DNA of 64,000 nt from Rhizodiscina lignyota (taxonomy: Eukaryota): contig ML978124.1 in NCBI GenBank assembly GCA_010015805.1, positions 372,001 to 436,000 of the forward strand. The letters are read 5' to 3'. The notes below the pieces were generated by a model that was not told the DNA's origin, searched no databases, and saw nothing but the letters and a program-made list of their open reading frames with translations. This document shows, in pieces, positions 50,853 to 64,000 of this stretch. Each line of letters opens with the position of its first letter. Position 1 is the first letter of the stretch. The position numbers were made by a program, and so were the translations under genes.

Positions 50853-52587
50853 ATGGAGCAGTGGTGGGTGGAGTTCGTCACTGACGCTCGTTACGACTGG
50901 AAGTTCTTCGTGTTTCTCTTAGCCTGTTTCCTGTAAGTCCTCTCCGCAAGCACCACCGCCCGCTCACGCGCCATTCACCCGTCGATCACCTCTTCCCCTC
51001 CTTGCAAGCAGCGAGTTCTGACGTCCGCAGCTTTTGCTCCCGACAGTTGCGGCTCTTAGTCAATCTCCGCGCCGTCTCCAAGCACCGCCCAATCCCCATC
51101 CCGGACCATCCAACGTTCACCCCGCAGGACGTGACGGTAATCATTCCAACCATCTGCAACGTCGTCCACGAATTAGAGGCGACCATCCGCTCCGTCGTGC
51201 GAAATGATCCCCACGAGATCTACATCGTCACGACCGACGAGAAATTGAAGCTCGTCCGCAAACTCGCCACTTCCATCTCCAAGAGAATCAAGGTGCTGCG
51301 CAGCCCAGTGCAGAACAAGCGGATTCAGATGTGCCGTGCGGTGCCGAAAGTCACAACCAAATTCATTCTCTTTGCCGACGACGATGTCTCTCTGCCAGAT
51401 CGCACCGTGCTGTGGATGCTGGCTCCATTCGAGAGCGGCAAGATGGGGGGCGTGGGAACCGCGCAGCGGGTCAGGCGAGACGGAACGTGGAACTTCTGGA
51501 AGTTCCTCGGCTTCCAGTACATCGCTCGTCGAAACTTCGACTGCAGTGCAGGCGTATACATGGATGGTGGGCTGCCCTGCCTCTCCGGCCGTGCAGCCAT
51601 GTATCGCACGCCAATCATTCAGGATCACGAATTCATGCACAATTTCACGCACGAGTTCTGGGAGTGGCCGTGGCCATTCAACCGATACATCACCTATCTG
51701 ATTCACGCCGACGACGACAACTTCCTGACGCGCTGGATGGTCGACCGTGGCTGGGACATCTACATTCAGGTGCACGAGCAGTGTATGGTGGAAACGACGC
51801 TCGAGGAAGGCTGGAAGTTTGTCAAACAGTGCCTGCGTTGGTCCAGGAGCAACTGGCGGTCGAATTACACGAGCCTTTTCCGCGATCGAACGATCTGGAG
51901 GTGCGTCACGCGAGCATCACGAGCAGCTCGACCCCGGGGCAAACGCGTCCCAATGCACTTCGGAATTGATAATTCACTGATGTTTTGTCTAGGCGTCATC
52001 CTTGGAGCGTGTTTGCCTTCTTTCTGACCACCTTCACCGAGTTCGCATTGCCGCGCGACGCGTTCCTCTGCTGGGGTGTGGCTTACGGCACGGAAAATCT
52101 CAACTCGCCCGCGAAATGGGCCGTTCGAGCTCTCCTGTGGCTGCACATCCTCCTGATCTGCCGCATCGTCAAGTTCAACATCTTCCGCTACCCCTCCGAT
52201 CTCCTTTACCTCCCTCTAATCCCGATCTTTGGATGGATCCATTCTGTCACTATCAAGATCTGGGCCCTCTCCACATTGAATGAGGTAAGCGCACCCTTCT
52301 AATTTATCGATGTATTAAAGCGTGCACGCCATGGAAGAGTGCAAGCGTCTCACTCTACACTACAGACGTCGTGGGGCAGTCGAGAAGGCGCAGATGCAGA
52401 CGACGCCTTCCGCATGATTGCTCTGCCACCATACGACGGCATTGCCGGTTCCTCGTCGAACTCGCAGCACGATCCCTTATACGATCTCTGGCATGACGAC
52501 GAAAATGACGAAATTGACGAAATCGAGCTCAACTGGGAAGAGGTTGCGCTACCCCAGTACAACGAGACCATCGTAGACATTGTGTAA
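50853..52587 (+). CDS. Processive family-2 glycosyltransferase, Cps1/CpsA-like (hyaluronan/capsule synthase-like)
   Basis: Four exons (introns GTAAGT about 50933, GTGCGT 51901, GTAAGC about 52285); VTVIIPT, FADDD, CLSGR, ADDDNFLTRW, QCLRWSRSNW, then TM helices and TSWGSR. TATATA near 50757. Confidence 0.9.
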
Positions 52588-55500
52588 TGTCTATTTAACG
52601 GCCGCCACTGCCTCCGCAGCATCAGAGCCCTAATGGTGGCTACGACCTCGACCGCAACAAAAAAAACTCCTGATGGCTTTGCTTTTCACGCGCAAATGGC
52701 GATTAACGACTATGAATGGACATTCCCTCTGCACGGCACCTGAGATTCGAGCACTAATTCTTGCTTCCCGCGTTCTGCGATTCACATAGATTCACTTCTT
52801 TCCGCGCCTCTTGAGGGAAAAGTTTTTGGTGGTTCGTTCAAGCGAGATTCTCCCGGAAAATCATCCGGCGCAAAAGTTTGGCATAGGGTCCTTCTCTTCT
52901 TCGGCGTCTTGGCATGACTCCACGTTCCTGCCGTTCGAGCGCAGTGGCAGGCTGATGAGCACTCCGAGCGCATGTACTTCTAGGATTCCGGCGTTGCGAT
53001 CGGCACGATGCTGGTCAAATCAAAATGGCATTTTGTGCGACTTTGGCGGGCGCGACCCCGATTGGAGCTCGTGCTGATCAGAGGATTAACCTTAATGCCA
53101 TGACCGCCATGTCTCACCTCACTCGCCTCCCCTGACCATTTTGGTGTGCCCTCACGTGCTCCCTCCACATGTCTCTCCACCCTCTCAAATAGCTCGGTTT
53201 GACTTGCCACGCGCTGCCTCAGCATTTCTCATGTGCATCTCTCGTGTGCAGCTGTTATCGGTCTGGAATTCCGCGCGGAGAGTGCGTTCCCATTTGGAAT
53301 TGAGCCTTTGCACGCTGCGGGCTCGGCTAGGTGGACTGCAGTGCTAGCAGGCTGCCGGGCACGGGTTGGTGAGATATTCGCCTGGAGCAGCTGCAGCTGC
53401 TGCTCCCCAAAGTCCTATGACCTAAAGTGGCACGGTACGTTGAATGATGTCGACGCGCAGCCTCGAGCAGACGCGACTGCGCGTGAGATGGTGAGCAGGT
53501 GGTGAATGCTCCATGTGCACGTTCTATCGAGACGCCTCTGATCACCGGCGTCGCCTGCCGCTTCGGGTGTCCGTTCGGCACGCTGGCCTGTCATCAACGG
53601 CCGTTGTCGTCGCGCTAAAGGCAGCCGAGTCAGACGAGTGGCACCAACGCAAGTCATACATTCGCGCTTCCTCCCGCACACCTCGTTTCCTGCCTAGCGG
53701 CCCTCATGTCGAAAGTGTCTGTGCTGCCTTCCCCAGCCCGTGCGCCCGCCATCGAGCGCTTCAAGCGCCACGCAGCTTGCCCGCCCGTTCACGCTAAGCC
53801 AGCGACTGAGGGTCGAGAGAGGCCTCCACACGCTTCGCTACACCTGGCCCGCCGCGTCTACAACCCATGCCGCAATGCACAAGATGCGACCCCCATACGA
53901 GCTTGATATTGAGGGCGTTGCGAAGCTTTTAGCCTGCGCAAGAGCGGCCACAGCATGGCGCCGGCGAGGAGTGTGCTCCGTTTGCTCCAGAGAGGTCCGC
54001 TTTTGCTGGCCGTACCTCTCCGAACGCTACTCCACAATAAGCAGTAACAACATCAGTACACTGCTCACACGAGTCAAGTCCAAATCGGTGCCTGCATTCA
54101 GACGTTTTGAGCTCGATGACCAAGTCTGACATGAGCAAATCCTCAACAAAATGCCCCAGGCCTCCAATTACGAGCGGAAGGATTTGATACAGCTTCCCAA
54201 TTGCGTAGATCGCGCATATTACGACCGGAAACCAACGTCGACCTCAGAAATGAGACCAGTCTTTGAATAGGATATCGTGCATTCCCATATGCGAGTCAGA
54301 GCCACGATCCTACCACACCACGAATCCCTCCACGGCCTTTATCATCGTACCTAGTAATAGGGCACATGCAAGACCGATCGCAACTGCTCCTACGTAAATT
54401 CTGACTGTTCCCCACAAGTCCCGCCGTTCATCATTCTCATCTGACGCAAACACAGCAAGAGGAACCTCCAGCCGTCGACACTCGGCCTCCCCGCCTTCCA
54501 AGTCGAGATGGCCGCACGACCAAGACGTCCGTCCGACACATGCGGGTGGTGGAGTCTAACCCTCCCGTAGCGCGGCCAACGGCGCGAACCTTCCCCCCAT
54601 GGCACACTAACATGAAGGACCCTTGAGGATCCCAAGATCGGCCTGGTCAAACGGTTCTCGTCAGCCTTGTCGTTGGCCCTAAATCAAACCGAAGCGTGGC
54701 AGTCGATGCTTTCGTACCTCTGCCCCGAATATCATCCAGGTTTGAGACTTGACACCATCTTCCGATCGGGCAAACGCACTTCTGAGCGTTTCACATGTCT
54801 CACTTTCCGGCATGTACCGATGCTAGCTCTCCACGATGCTGTCTGCAGTCTCTACGCGCGGGAGGTGTGGTTGCGCAACCCTGTACATTCCAGCCAGGGC
54901 CAATGGTTGGTGCGTCGACGGTTCTCGCGACCACTATGGGGTATCCAAGTGCCTGATTCAATCTACATGGCATACAGGCTATAGGCAACCTCTTTCCATC
55001 CCACAACACACCACTATCAGCATGACTCCACCGATCAACGAGGCTACTATTATCTTTCCTCCGCCTTGGCCTGGTTGTTTTCGGCGATGCATATTCCGCG
55101 TCGATTAATATCCAGGTTACTCAAAGGATGCCGTTCCGCAGAATAGCATTGGTTGAATCCTTCAGCTCAATATGTATCTATGTGGCTTTCGGTCTGAACC
55201 GGCTCGTGCACCAGTACTGATTAGAGCGCGCGTGATGTAGACACGGCCCGGCCTTACTTCTGTGCTCGGCGAAACTTGTCATGAATTGGACGTCCATGTG
55301 GAGACATATTTGCAATTACCCTTTTCAACGCTCTTCTAATAATCAAGTACACGCATATTGTGGGTTCTCCATTGGCATCTGCAAGTGTTTGCAGAGCCAA
55401 GTCCGATTCGCATCCAAACGCTCCGCACACAAGCGAGGAAGTACGGAGTACGCGGGTGACATTGTCCGACGTTTACCGTACCTTGCATGGAGTTATCGTG

Positions 55501-56236
55501 TGTACGTACCAGTGTGGCCAGCTCTGCGCCACGCAAGCCATGGCCATGCACTGATCTGCCTTTCACTGCATCCTTTGACGATCACATGAAGCGCGCGTGG
55601 CACGGACAAAAACTCAGACTCAACGTTCCAGCCAAGTCGCATGTGGTCAACTGACACCTCCTTCGTCATTCCAACACATATAGTCTGAGTCCATTGCTCA
55701 TAGGCTTCTTTCGCCTAGTAACATTAAAAAGCTAATTCAGTTCCGTTGAACCAAAGTGAAATAAGAATTTGAGCTCGCTGTTACAAGCCGGTTTGGAACC
55801 GATATCAGATATTGCATGCATTATAAATCCCGGGTGGATATAATTGCGATCTGCAGTCATCGCTGTTCGTTCTTTACATATCAATTGACCGTTGGGGGGA
55901 CGGAGCACTTTTGCTGCTGAGTCGCTCGCGACTACTAAAGTTTCAATGACCCTGTTATTTACGGTTAGCACTCCGCGTGTTATTCGTAAATTAGCTAGTT
56001 TCTGCACCTCTAGGACCAATGGGAGACCAAAGTTCTTGAGCATCAGAAGAAGCGAAATGAAACGCGCAAACGGGGTGACTGAAATCCACGTACCTTCCAG
56101 CCCTCCATTATTACGGAGTGGATATACCCAGCAGAGTTCTGATCCGACGGTCTCCTTTATGTACAGGCGCCGTCCGAGTAGTCCTGTAGAAATCAAACCT
56201 GAATGCTAACATGATGGCCTTCAGCTCTGTAAACCC

Positions 56237-57024
56237 TCACTCCGCTCTTCTTACCCCAACCACTCTCGATAGACGCTGCTCGAGTGCCAAGAGCCGGTCT
56301 TCCAGGTGTCGTGTGTCTCGTTCCATATGCACAAAAGACCTGAAGCGTTGTCAGAGGGCCCGCGCAATGATACAGAAAGTCCGTCCACTCACACATTCAT
56401 ATCTCCCACCTCCTTCGCGATCCGCCTCGTCTGGATCATCTGCAACGCCACCATCAGGTTCTTCACCTTGTACTTCGTCTGCAGCCAGATGATGCGCTCC
56501 CTGAGCCCACACTTGCGGTACTCCGAGCGCACGTAGGAGCTATCGTCCTGCTCCCAGTCGTCCTTCAGCTCCTCCGTATCCCAGTCGTCCTCGCGCAGCG
56601 AGCGCCGCACCGCCTTCTTCTGCTCGTGCTCGTAGCGCAGGAACGGCCGCTCCAGCTCGCGGAAGCTGCGCACCATGTGCCGGATCGTCTCGCGCATCAG
56701 CAGCAGCGTCCTGTCCGTCGAGCCGTCGTCCCTCGACACGCGCGCCCCGCCCTTCTCTCTGTCCCTGCGCGGCGCCGACCTCGAGCGCCGCCGCCGCTGC
56801 TCCCGACACACCCGCCGCAGGTGCCGCCGCTCCTCGTACAGCCCGGCCTTCAGGTTGCCCAGCATGTCGGTGATCTCGGTCGGCGCGGCCCAGACCGTCT
56901 GCAGGTTGTCCCACGACACGCGGAGCAGCGTGGCGGCGGTGATGATGAAGGAGACGAAGCCGATGATGGTCGAGGCGAGCGAGATGGGCGCGAGCGTCGA
57001 GTGCGTCGAGAGCGTGACGCCCAT
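56237..57024 (-). CDS. Hypothetical protein with an N-terminal TM helix and Arg-rich coiled coil
   Basis: High GC3. APISLASTIIGFVSFIITAATLLRV TM segment; intron GTGAGT..CTGAC..CAG joins exon 2 SFVHMERDTRHLEDRLLALEQRLSRVVGVRRAE*. Confidence 0.8.
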
Positions 57025-58005
57025 TGCCGGTGCGCGCGAGGGAGGAGCCAATTGCGGACTTGAGGGCGTTGTTCGAGGCTCTGCGACGCCGTTCTCATGC
57101 TCCTCTTGCTTTTGCAGAAATATGCAAATTGGATCTTATGTAGATCCGCACCTTCCGAGTAGCGCCGGGAAGCGTTGCTCGGAGGATTTGTTGGTAAACA
57201 TTATACCATGACGTTATAACCATGATGGACCGGGGTGAAGGGTATCAGAGAGCATTGAAGCTCGTCAATTGAGATCGAGGAAGTTTATCACGGAGAATAC
57301 GATACAGATCGTCCCATACGATGCATGCGATCCAGGGCGAAGCGAGCTCGGCACTTAGGCGATGAAACGGAGCGGTATCCCACAGGCTCAAGCCACAATG
57401 AGTTACGGCCACCTTAATTAGGGCTTGATGCTTGCTCCACATTCGAGGAGGATCGATCATCACAGGTATATTTTGGGTCAAACTGGTCCAGCTCGATACA
57501 TTTGATTCATTGAACTGGAGTATCGAATGCTAATCTCCCAGTATCGTGACTTCCAACACACGGCTTAGAATACAATTTCCTTGAAGTCACTGATGAATTT
57601 ACACCTCATTGGTGCTTTTTGAAGTCCTTGATGAATTGACACCTCACTGCTGCAAGTGAGTGTTCTCATACCAAAGATCGCCTCCGGGAGACAATGGTCC
57701 ACTCCGATTGTACGGAAACTTGGATGACTTGATCTCCTTCAGCCAAGTTACCACCCTTGGTACCGGTTTAAAGCCACCCGGTTCATTGGTATTAGAGATA
57801 ACCATCTGCTTGCCATCGTCATTCCTATCTTCGAGACCGCTCCTAACGCCGGCGCGATGCACAGTCGTACCTAAATGAAAAGTTTAATAAGGAATGCTCG
57901 CATCAGGAATGTCAAAAGCGCAGAGGTGCTTCTGGAGGGGTTTGGTGGACGTGTGTTGGAGTCGCAAAAAGTAGTAGTAAAGATCTTAAAAGCAAATCAA
58001 CTCTA

Positions 58006-61000
58006 TCATCTCACGGACACACCGGAACGCTCTGTAAACATCCTCGCCGCGATATTCATGCTCTGAAGCTCCTGGAATAGCAGCTTCGCCGCGTAGGGAA
58101 TGTGCACCTGCACAATCTCGGTCTTGTTCTTGCATGGACGACATTCGAATTGCTGCTTCTTCAACGAGCTTTTGTACCAGTTAGCGATCGAAAGTTTTCC
58201 AAATGAAGGGGTATGTGAGTGACTTACGCAATCGGCGTCATAAGACCACAGAGCTTGCAGATGTGCACGCGGTACGCGTCGCTAACCTCGAACAACCTCT
58301 CCTTCAGGAAGCTCGCTGCACCATGAGAGATCATGCAATCGCGCTCCATCTCTCCGAATCTGAGACCACCGTCTCTCGCCCTACCCTCCACGGGCTGCCT
58401 CGTCAGGATCTGCACCGGGCCTCTTGCTCTGGCATGGATCTTGTCATCGACCATGTGACGGAGGCGCTGGTAGTACGTCGGGCCCAAGAAGATCTGCGCG
58501 CGGAGCTTCTTGCCAGTGTGGCCGTTGTACATGACTTCGAAGCCACGAGACTGATACCCGGATTGACGAAGAAGTTCTGACACGCTGGTGACGGTAACGT
58601 CAGTGAAAGGCGTTGCGTCGCCTTCCGAGCCCCTCAATGATCCGACCTTGGAAAGCAGGCACTCGATCAAGTGAGCAATTGTCATACGAGAAGGAATGGC
58701 ATGGGGATTGATGATGAGGTCTGGCGTCAGACCCTCCCTTGTGAAGGGCATGTCTTCTTGCCTGTAGGTGATACCGATAGTACCCTTCTGTCCGTGCCGA
58801 GAGGCAAACTTGTCGCCGATCTGTGGGACTTTGGTCGTGCGAGTGCGGACCTTGACAAATTTGTTGCCCTCAGTATTCGTCGTGAGGACGACTTGATCGA
58901 CGATGCCATTCTCAGTGCTGCGGAGCGGAGTCGATACATCGCGCTTAGTGTGCAACTTGGTTCGTTGTCCAAGCTCTTCAGCATCCGGTGCGATTGGCGC
59001 AGTCTTGCCAATGATAATGTCTTCGCCAGACACACGGACACCAGGAGCGATGATACCGTCGTGATCGAGTTTGTCGTACGTACCATGCTTCATGCGCAGA
59101 GTATCCGAGCGGATAGGCTTCTCAAACTCTTCCACAACAGACATTCCGACCTTCTTCTCTTGATCCGTATAAGCTCTGTAGAACAGACTGCGGAAGAGAC
59201 CGCGGTCGATGGAACTCTGGTTCATGATAACCGAATCTTCCTGGTTATAACCGGAGTAACAGGCGATGGCAACGATGGCATTCTGCCCAGCAGGTAATTC
59301 TCGGAACTTGAGGAACTCCATCGAGCGAGTTGTAGCAAGGGGCTTCTGCGGATAGTAAAGGACGTTGACCATAGTGTCCATGCGGAGATTGTAGTTTGTG
59401 AGGTTGATTCCCATAGCTTGCTTGCCCATAGCAGACTGGTAGGTGTTACGAGGTGATTGATTGTGGTCTGGGAAGGGGATGATGCTTGCACAGACACCGA
59501 GAATCATGCTAGGGTGGATCTCGCAGTGCGTGTACTCCCGCACCAATGGGTTCGGCCTCGGCTTGACACGTTTGTGCGGGTCGCTATCATCATCAAAGAT
59601 TTTGTCGCCGACCTGGAGCTTGTGATGGTCCTCCAAATCGTCCGGCGTCATGATGATCATGGCAGTCTCCTCCTCATCGGCATCTAGATACTCGACGACA
59701 CCATTCTTGAGCAGGTAGTCATCCCAGACTCCTTTGTACTTGTCGGTGAGCGGCTCGCCTGTAGCGGCTGCAATTTGTGCCCACTTCTGGTGACCTCCAA
59801 GCTCTTTTTCGAGGAGACAACGGTCTATATGATCCTTGTTGAGGACCAGACTACCCTTCTTAGAGCTGGCAGGATTCGTGTCGACAGCAAAGAGAGGGCG
59901 GCAAACGCGACCAGCGTCGGAGAAGATCTTGAATTCGCGGTCACGAATGTCCCAAATCATGCTGATTTCTTCCATGCTGCGAATGCCGGACTTGCGAAGG
60001 TTCTTGACGATAGGCACTAGCGTGGCTGGTTCACGATGAATGCCGACCCATACGCCATTGACAAAGACCTTAGTGGCATTTGGAGAGGTTGTAGGTTCGT
60101 ATTCTTCCAGTACCGACATATTGCGCTGCATCATGAAGTCGACGACGGGGTCAGCGATTGTGCCGACAGTGACGTAGCACATGAGCGACAAGTTCTTGAC
60201 CAACCCACAAGCCTGGCCTTCCGGAGTTTCTGCAGGACAGACCAAGCCCCAGTGAGTGTTGTGGAGTTGACGAGGCTTTGCGAGCTTTCCGTCACGGCCG
60301 ACGGGAGTGTTCGTTCTGCGCAAATGGGACAGCGTCGAGGCGAACGTGTAACGGTTGAGCACCTGAGACACGCCTGCCTTGCTGCTAGCAGCCTTCTTCT
60401 GATCTCCCCAGTTGCCGGTGGCCAAAGAATACTTGAGGCCATTCGTTAGGGTGTTGCTCTTGATACCCAACTGCAACGAGAACTCCCTGTTTGTCTCCAC
60501 ACACTTCTGCAGATACTTGTAGATGTCCTTGGTGAACCTGTCGAAGAGTCCTCGAAAGAGGCTGGCCAAAAGCGGACCAGCGAGATCAAGTCGCTTCTTG
60601 CCAAAGTGATCGCGATCATCTTCCTCTCTTCTTCCCAGGGCGACTTGGAGCAATCGATGGACCATGTAGCCCAAAAAGAAGGCCTTTCGGGTCTCGCTGC
60701 CCTCCTTTTGAGAAATGTGCGGTAGAAGTTCTTTCTGCAGGACGTCGCGAGCAAATCTCACACGCTTCTCCTTCTGGCCAATCCTATCCGCACGCTTGCC
60801 GATGAAGTCAAGTGCGACACCTTGCTCCTGAATCAGGAACGACTCCTCGATTGATGGCTTCAGCTTCTCGAGCATCTGTGTGTCGTTCCGGTCGTAGACG
60901 ATGTGGTCGAGAATGTCTTCATCCGAAACAATCCCAAGCGCACGGAACACCATGACAACGGGGATGTCCGACTTGATGTACGGAAGGGTCGCCTTGACCG

Positions 61001-61859
61001 TGTCACCGAAGCCGCCCCTCGACAGCTCTCCCTTGCCAAGCTTGATCTGAAGGCTGGAAATCAACCTTGAGCCTCTCTCCAGAGAGCTTCTGATTTCGGC
61101 AACAAAGGGCGTTGGGTTCTGCTTCTTGTGGAAGACCTGAACGATATTGCCCGCACTGCGCTCTTGTGCAATCAGCACCTTCTCACTGCCGTTGATGATG
61201 AAGTAGCCGCCAACATCGTATTCACACTCATTGTGGCCGGCCAAGAATTCCTCTTTCGTTATCCTCTTGCTCAGCCGGCACAAGTTAGACTTGAGCATGA
61301 CGGGCATCTTGCCCGCAAAGGTCTTGGTCCACGCCTCTTCTCCTGTGTCTTTGTCCAACTGCGGCACGTCCTCGCGCTCCCATCGCAGCTCAGTTGGCTG
61401 AGAGCCGGCCTCGCCATCAAAACCATCCATGTCGATCGGAACTTCTCTCGCCACCATGATCTTTTTCTTCATCATGAGCCACATGGGAGCGGCGTAAGTG
61501 AGGTTTCGCAACCTCGCCTCGTGGGGCCACAGGTTGTTGTGGACACCATCGCCTTCCGTCACTTGCGTTGTCGATATTGAGAGCTTTCCGAATTCTATCT
61601 CGTATCGTCTTTTCACGATGGGGTCATCCTGGTCTCCAGGTGGCGTGTTCTGGTCGAGGATGATCTTGCCCTTGTCCTGGACTATGTCGTTCATCGTCTT
61701 CACTATAAACTCATTGTAGGAGTCGAGCTGCTGCGACACGAGGCCATGTTTTTCGAAGAATGAGGAGATGACAGTCCAACAGTCCTCCGCTGTGATAACA
61801 TTGTCATCCTCCAGCTCATAGTCCTCGTCGCCAAAGCCATCCGTGTATTCGTCCTCCAT
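58006..61859 (-). CDS. RPB2: RNA polymerase II second-largest subunit
   Basis: [58 protein letters not shown] single GTAAGT intron precedes the last exon ...[30 protein letters not shown]. Confidence 0.99.
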
Positions 61860-62382
61860 GTTGGAACAGTAGCAGGGTTGTGATCCAGCTGGAAGATGAG
61901 GAGGGTTGGAGAAGAGTTGTTATGGTGGTTGTTGTGATGGGTGGCGGGTGTCGCGAGTGAAGAGTGTTAAGGGAGGAGGGAGAGTAGCGGCAGCGCGCAG
62001 CACAGCTGGCGATGCAGCAGCGAGGTAGGCGTGCGCAAGATCAAAAGCGCATGTGGGAGAAACGCGCACAACTGCCAAAGTGGTGCTTGAGGGTGTTGTT
62101 GGCAGATGAAGCACGCGAAGGAGAATATGAAGAGCGCAACGGAGGAAAAGGCAACTTCGAGAAACGATGCGGCTCTTTTGTTGTGCCAGGGCGAAGGCGC
62201 TAAGGGTTCACGCTAACTACGTATGCGGCTTAGCGCCATCTTAGAACTCCAAGGACCAACGCAGATTCACATGGAGCGAAGTGAACGAGGCCAGTATATT
62301 CTAGCGCATTCATCTACGTCGCTTCTGCTTCTTACTCCGTACAATTGCCTCTTCTACGTCAAGGTCACTCATGTCGTCTAGC

Positions 62383-64000
62383 TTATGTCTTGCTCTCCTT
62401 GCTCGTCCCGTTGCATACTGCAATATAAACCGAAGAAACAAGAATCAGTGCAGAGCCCGCAACTGACATGAGATTTAGCCCCGTGCCAAATACCATTAGG
62501 TCAGCTGCAATCGCGAATACCATCTGCGTATACACCATACATGTCACTCGCGTGGAGCTTTCATGCTGGAGCCCGGCCGCAAAGACAAATTGCTGTAGTA
62601 TTCCGTATCATCAGCCACTCGATCACTGTGTCTGGGGAAGGACATTTCTGTACACTCACCATTAGATATCCGGAGATCGTTATCACAGCTAAGTAGGTCC
62701 AGTCCTGCCAAGCTGAGGGGAGGACAAAACCGATCCCTGGTACGGCGACCATGGCAAGCGCAGCGAGTACTGCACACCAAAAGGAGAAAGTGTTCACAGT
62801 CTGGAGTGGTGATGCTCTTTTGCCAATCCATCTGATTGTAGTAATGGCGAGAGTATTGCCTGCCAATGATCATCAGCATTTCTGCCATACGCGGAAAAGA
62901 GATCTCTCGCAACCTAGTACACCAAGCATTGCTACAGCAACCGCGCCAGCTCTCTGTCCAGCGCTCACGACCACATGTGGCTGAAGATCGATGGCTGGCA
63001 CCGGGACAAGTGTGCTGTTTATAACATCCATCATGTGGCTGACGTCCATGTCTAGTTCTAGGCTAGGGGACCACGGTCTCGCGATGAGCACGACACCGAC
63101 AAGCGAGACTAATGCAGCAAGTTGTTGTATACGGGTGAATGATTCTTTCAAAATGAAAGAGCACGCCCAGCAAGCAAGCGATGGCGCAAGGAATGTGACA
63201 ACAGTCGCATCCGCGATTGGAAGATACATCAACGAGTCTAGTTCACCAGATCATCAGTATCATCTTTTGGCTCATAGAGGACAGACCCCGTGGGGATGAG
63301 CGCTGGATACATACAGTACATCCCCAAAACACCGAAACATCCTCCAAGACTTCTTCCAAGCATCAGCAATCTGATTCCCTTCGCTCCGAGAAGGAAATCA
63401 GGAGTCTTCTGCCGCCACAGGTATATGCTTGCAAGTATCGATGTTACTGACATTCGCCAGAAAAGAATCTATCAGTGTTAGCGCTCCATTCTCATGCCAC
63501 ACCGACAAATCTCCTATGTTACGAAGTCTTACCTGAAACGGATGCATGCCATTGCCGTGGTTTCCCTCAACCTCAAGCACTCTCGTCGTTGTATTCATGA
63601 GCGTGGCAAACAGCTGCGACAGCACGACTAGGAGCAGGCCTTTGTTTCTTTGCCAGAACGCTTGCAGCTCAGCCTGCAATGATTTTGGGAACCCCCCAAC
63701 CAGTCCAGATGCTCCATCCTCTTTAAGGAATGCGGAGTCTTCTCCAGATAGGTCTTCCTCTTCGGCCGCTAGATCGATGGATTCTTTGCTGGATATGCTG
63801 CTATCATCGAGCGATGTAAGTTTCCGGTCTCGCCGGCGGCCAGCTGCGTCATCCGCGGACTCTACATCATTGTGATTTATCGGGATAAACTGCAAGGGAA
63901 TTTCTATTGTTGTCTCTCGCTGCTGGTTTTCCTTGGCCCTTGATGGAGTAGCAAGACTGTCACCGTCGTGGTCCTCGATCGCGCTAGGCTGCGGAAAGGA
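62383..64000 (-). CDS. EamA/DMT-family membrane transporter (5' end outside window)
   Basis: Multi-exon. NKGLLLVVLSQLF..MNTTTRVLE, MHPFQ, GRSLGGCFGVLGMY, LPIADATVVTFLAP, SLVGVVLIARP, IRWIGKRASPL, GSALILVSSVYIAV..SKT*. Frame open to base 64000. Confidence 0.9.

Noticed and set aside
7315..52587. UAP1 plus GT2 synthase as a UDP-GlcNAc polysaccharide cluster
   Set aside because: 42 kb apart with many unrelated genes between; UAP1 is a core single-copy gene.
55732..56196. 154-aa minus-strand ORF
   Set aside because: Non-ATG start immediately after the stop at 56237, so probably 3' UTR; no domain.
57245..57930. Short ORFs between RPB2 and the hypothetical gene
   Set aside because: Consistent with the RPB2 3' UTR and the next promoter; no credible gene model.
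1..64000. tRNA, rRNA, transposons, RIP-degraded tracts, telomeric arrays
   Set aside because: None recognised by eye; small ncRNAs cannot be excluded without covariance-model searches.

Overview
Gene-dense euchromatic window from a filamentous ascomycete (Pezizomycotina). Dothideomycete affinity is a guess; an intact DMC1 argues against the DMC1-lacking Neurospora/Fusarium/Magnaporthe group. Genes have short GT-AG introns with CTRAC-type branch points, so the ORF track fragments or misses several. Splicing by hand gives about 22 genes: a HeLo/SesA-like + ubiquitin-like + Psy2-type EVH1 fusion interrupted by one in-frame TGA (runs off the left edge), DMC1 (14 introns), GIS2/CNBP, UAP1, a HET-domain gene, xylitol dehydrogenase, a 78-aa Cys/His microprotein absent from the ORF track, esdC, tinA/Msd1, a TDG/MUG glycosylase, a possible orphan ORF, a P450, an MCT-type MFS transporter, L-arabitol dehydrogenase, a repeat-expanded Nup2, an ADA2/CECR1-type deaminase, ATG2, a Cps1-like GT2 synthase, an unknown membrane/coiled-coil protein, RPB2 and an EamA transporter (runs off the right edge). 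No tRNA, rRNA, transposon or CRISPR was recognised. Best leads: (1) the stop-interrupted, immunity-like fusion gene with an apparently captured PP4R3 EVH1 domain; (2) the microprotein, which sits behind about 3 kb of ORF-poor DNA with splice signals, downstream of esdC; (3) the remodelled Nup2; (4) an MCB-box cluster inside DMC1; (5) a 5' intron that may toggle a targeting peptide on the deaminase. All family assignments come from motif recognition, not database searches.
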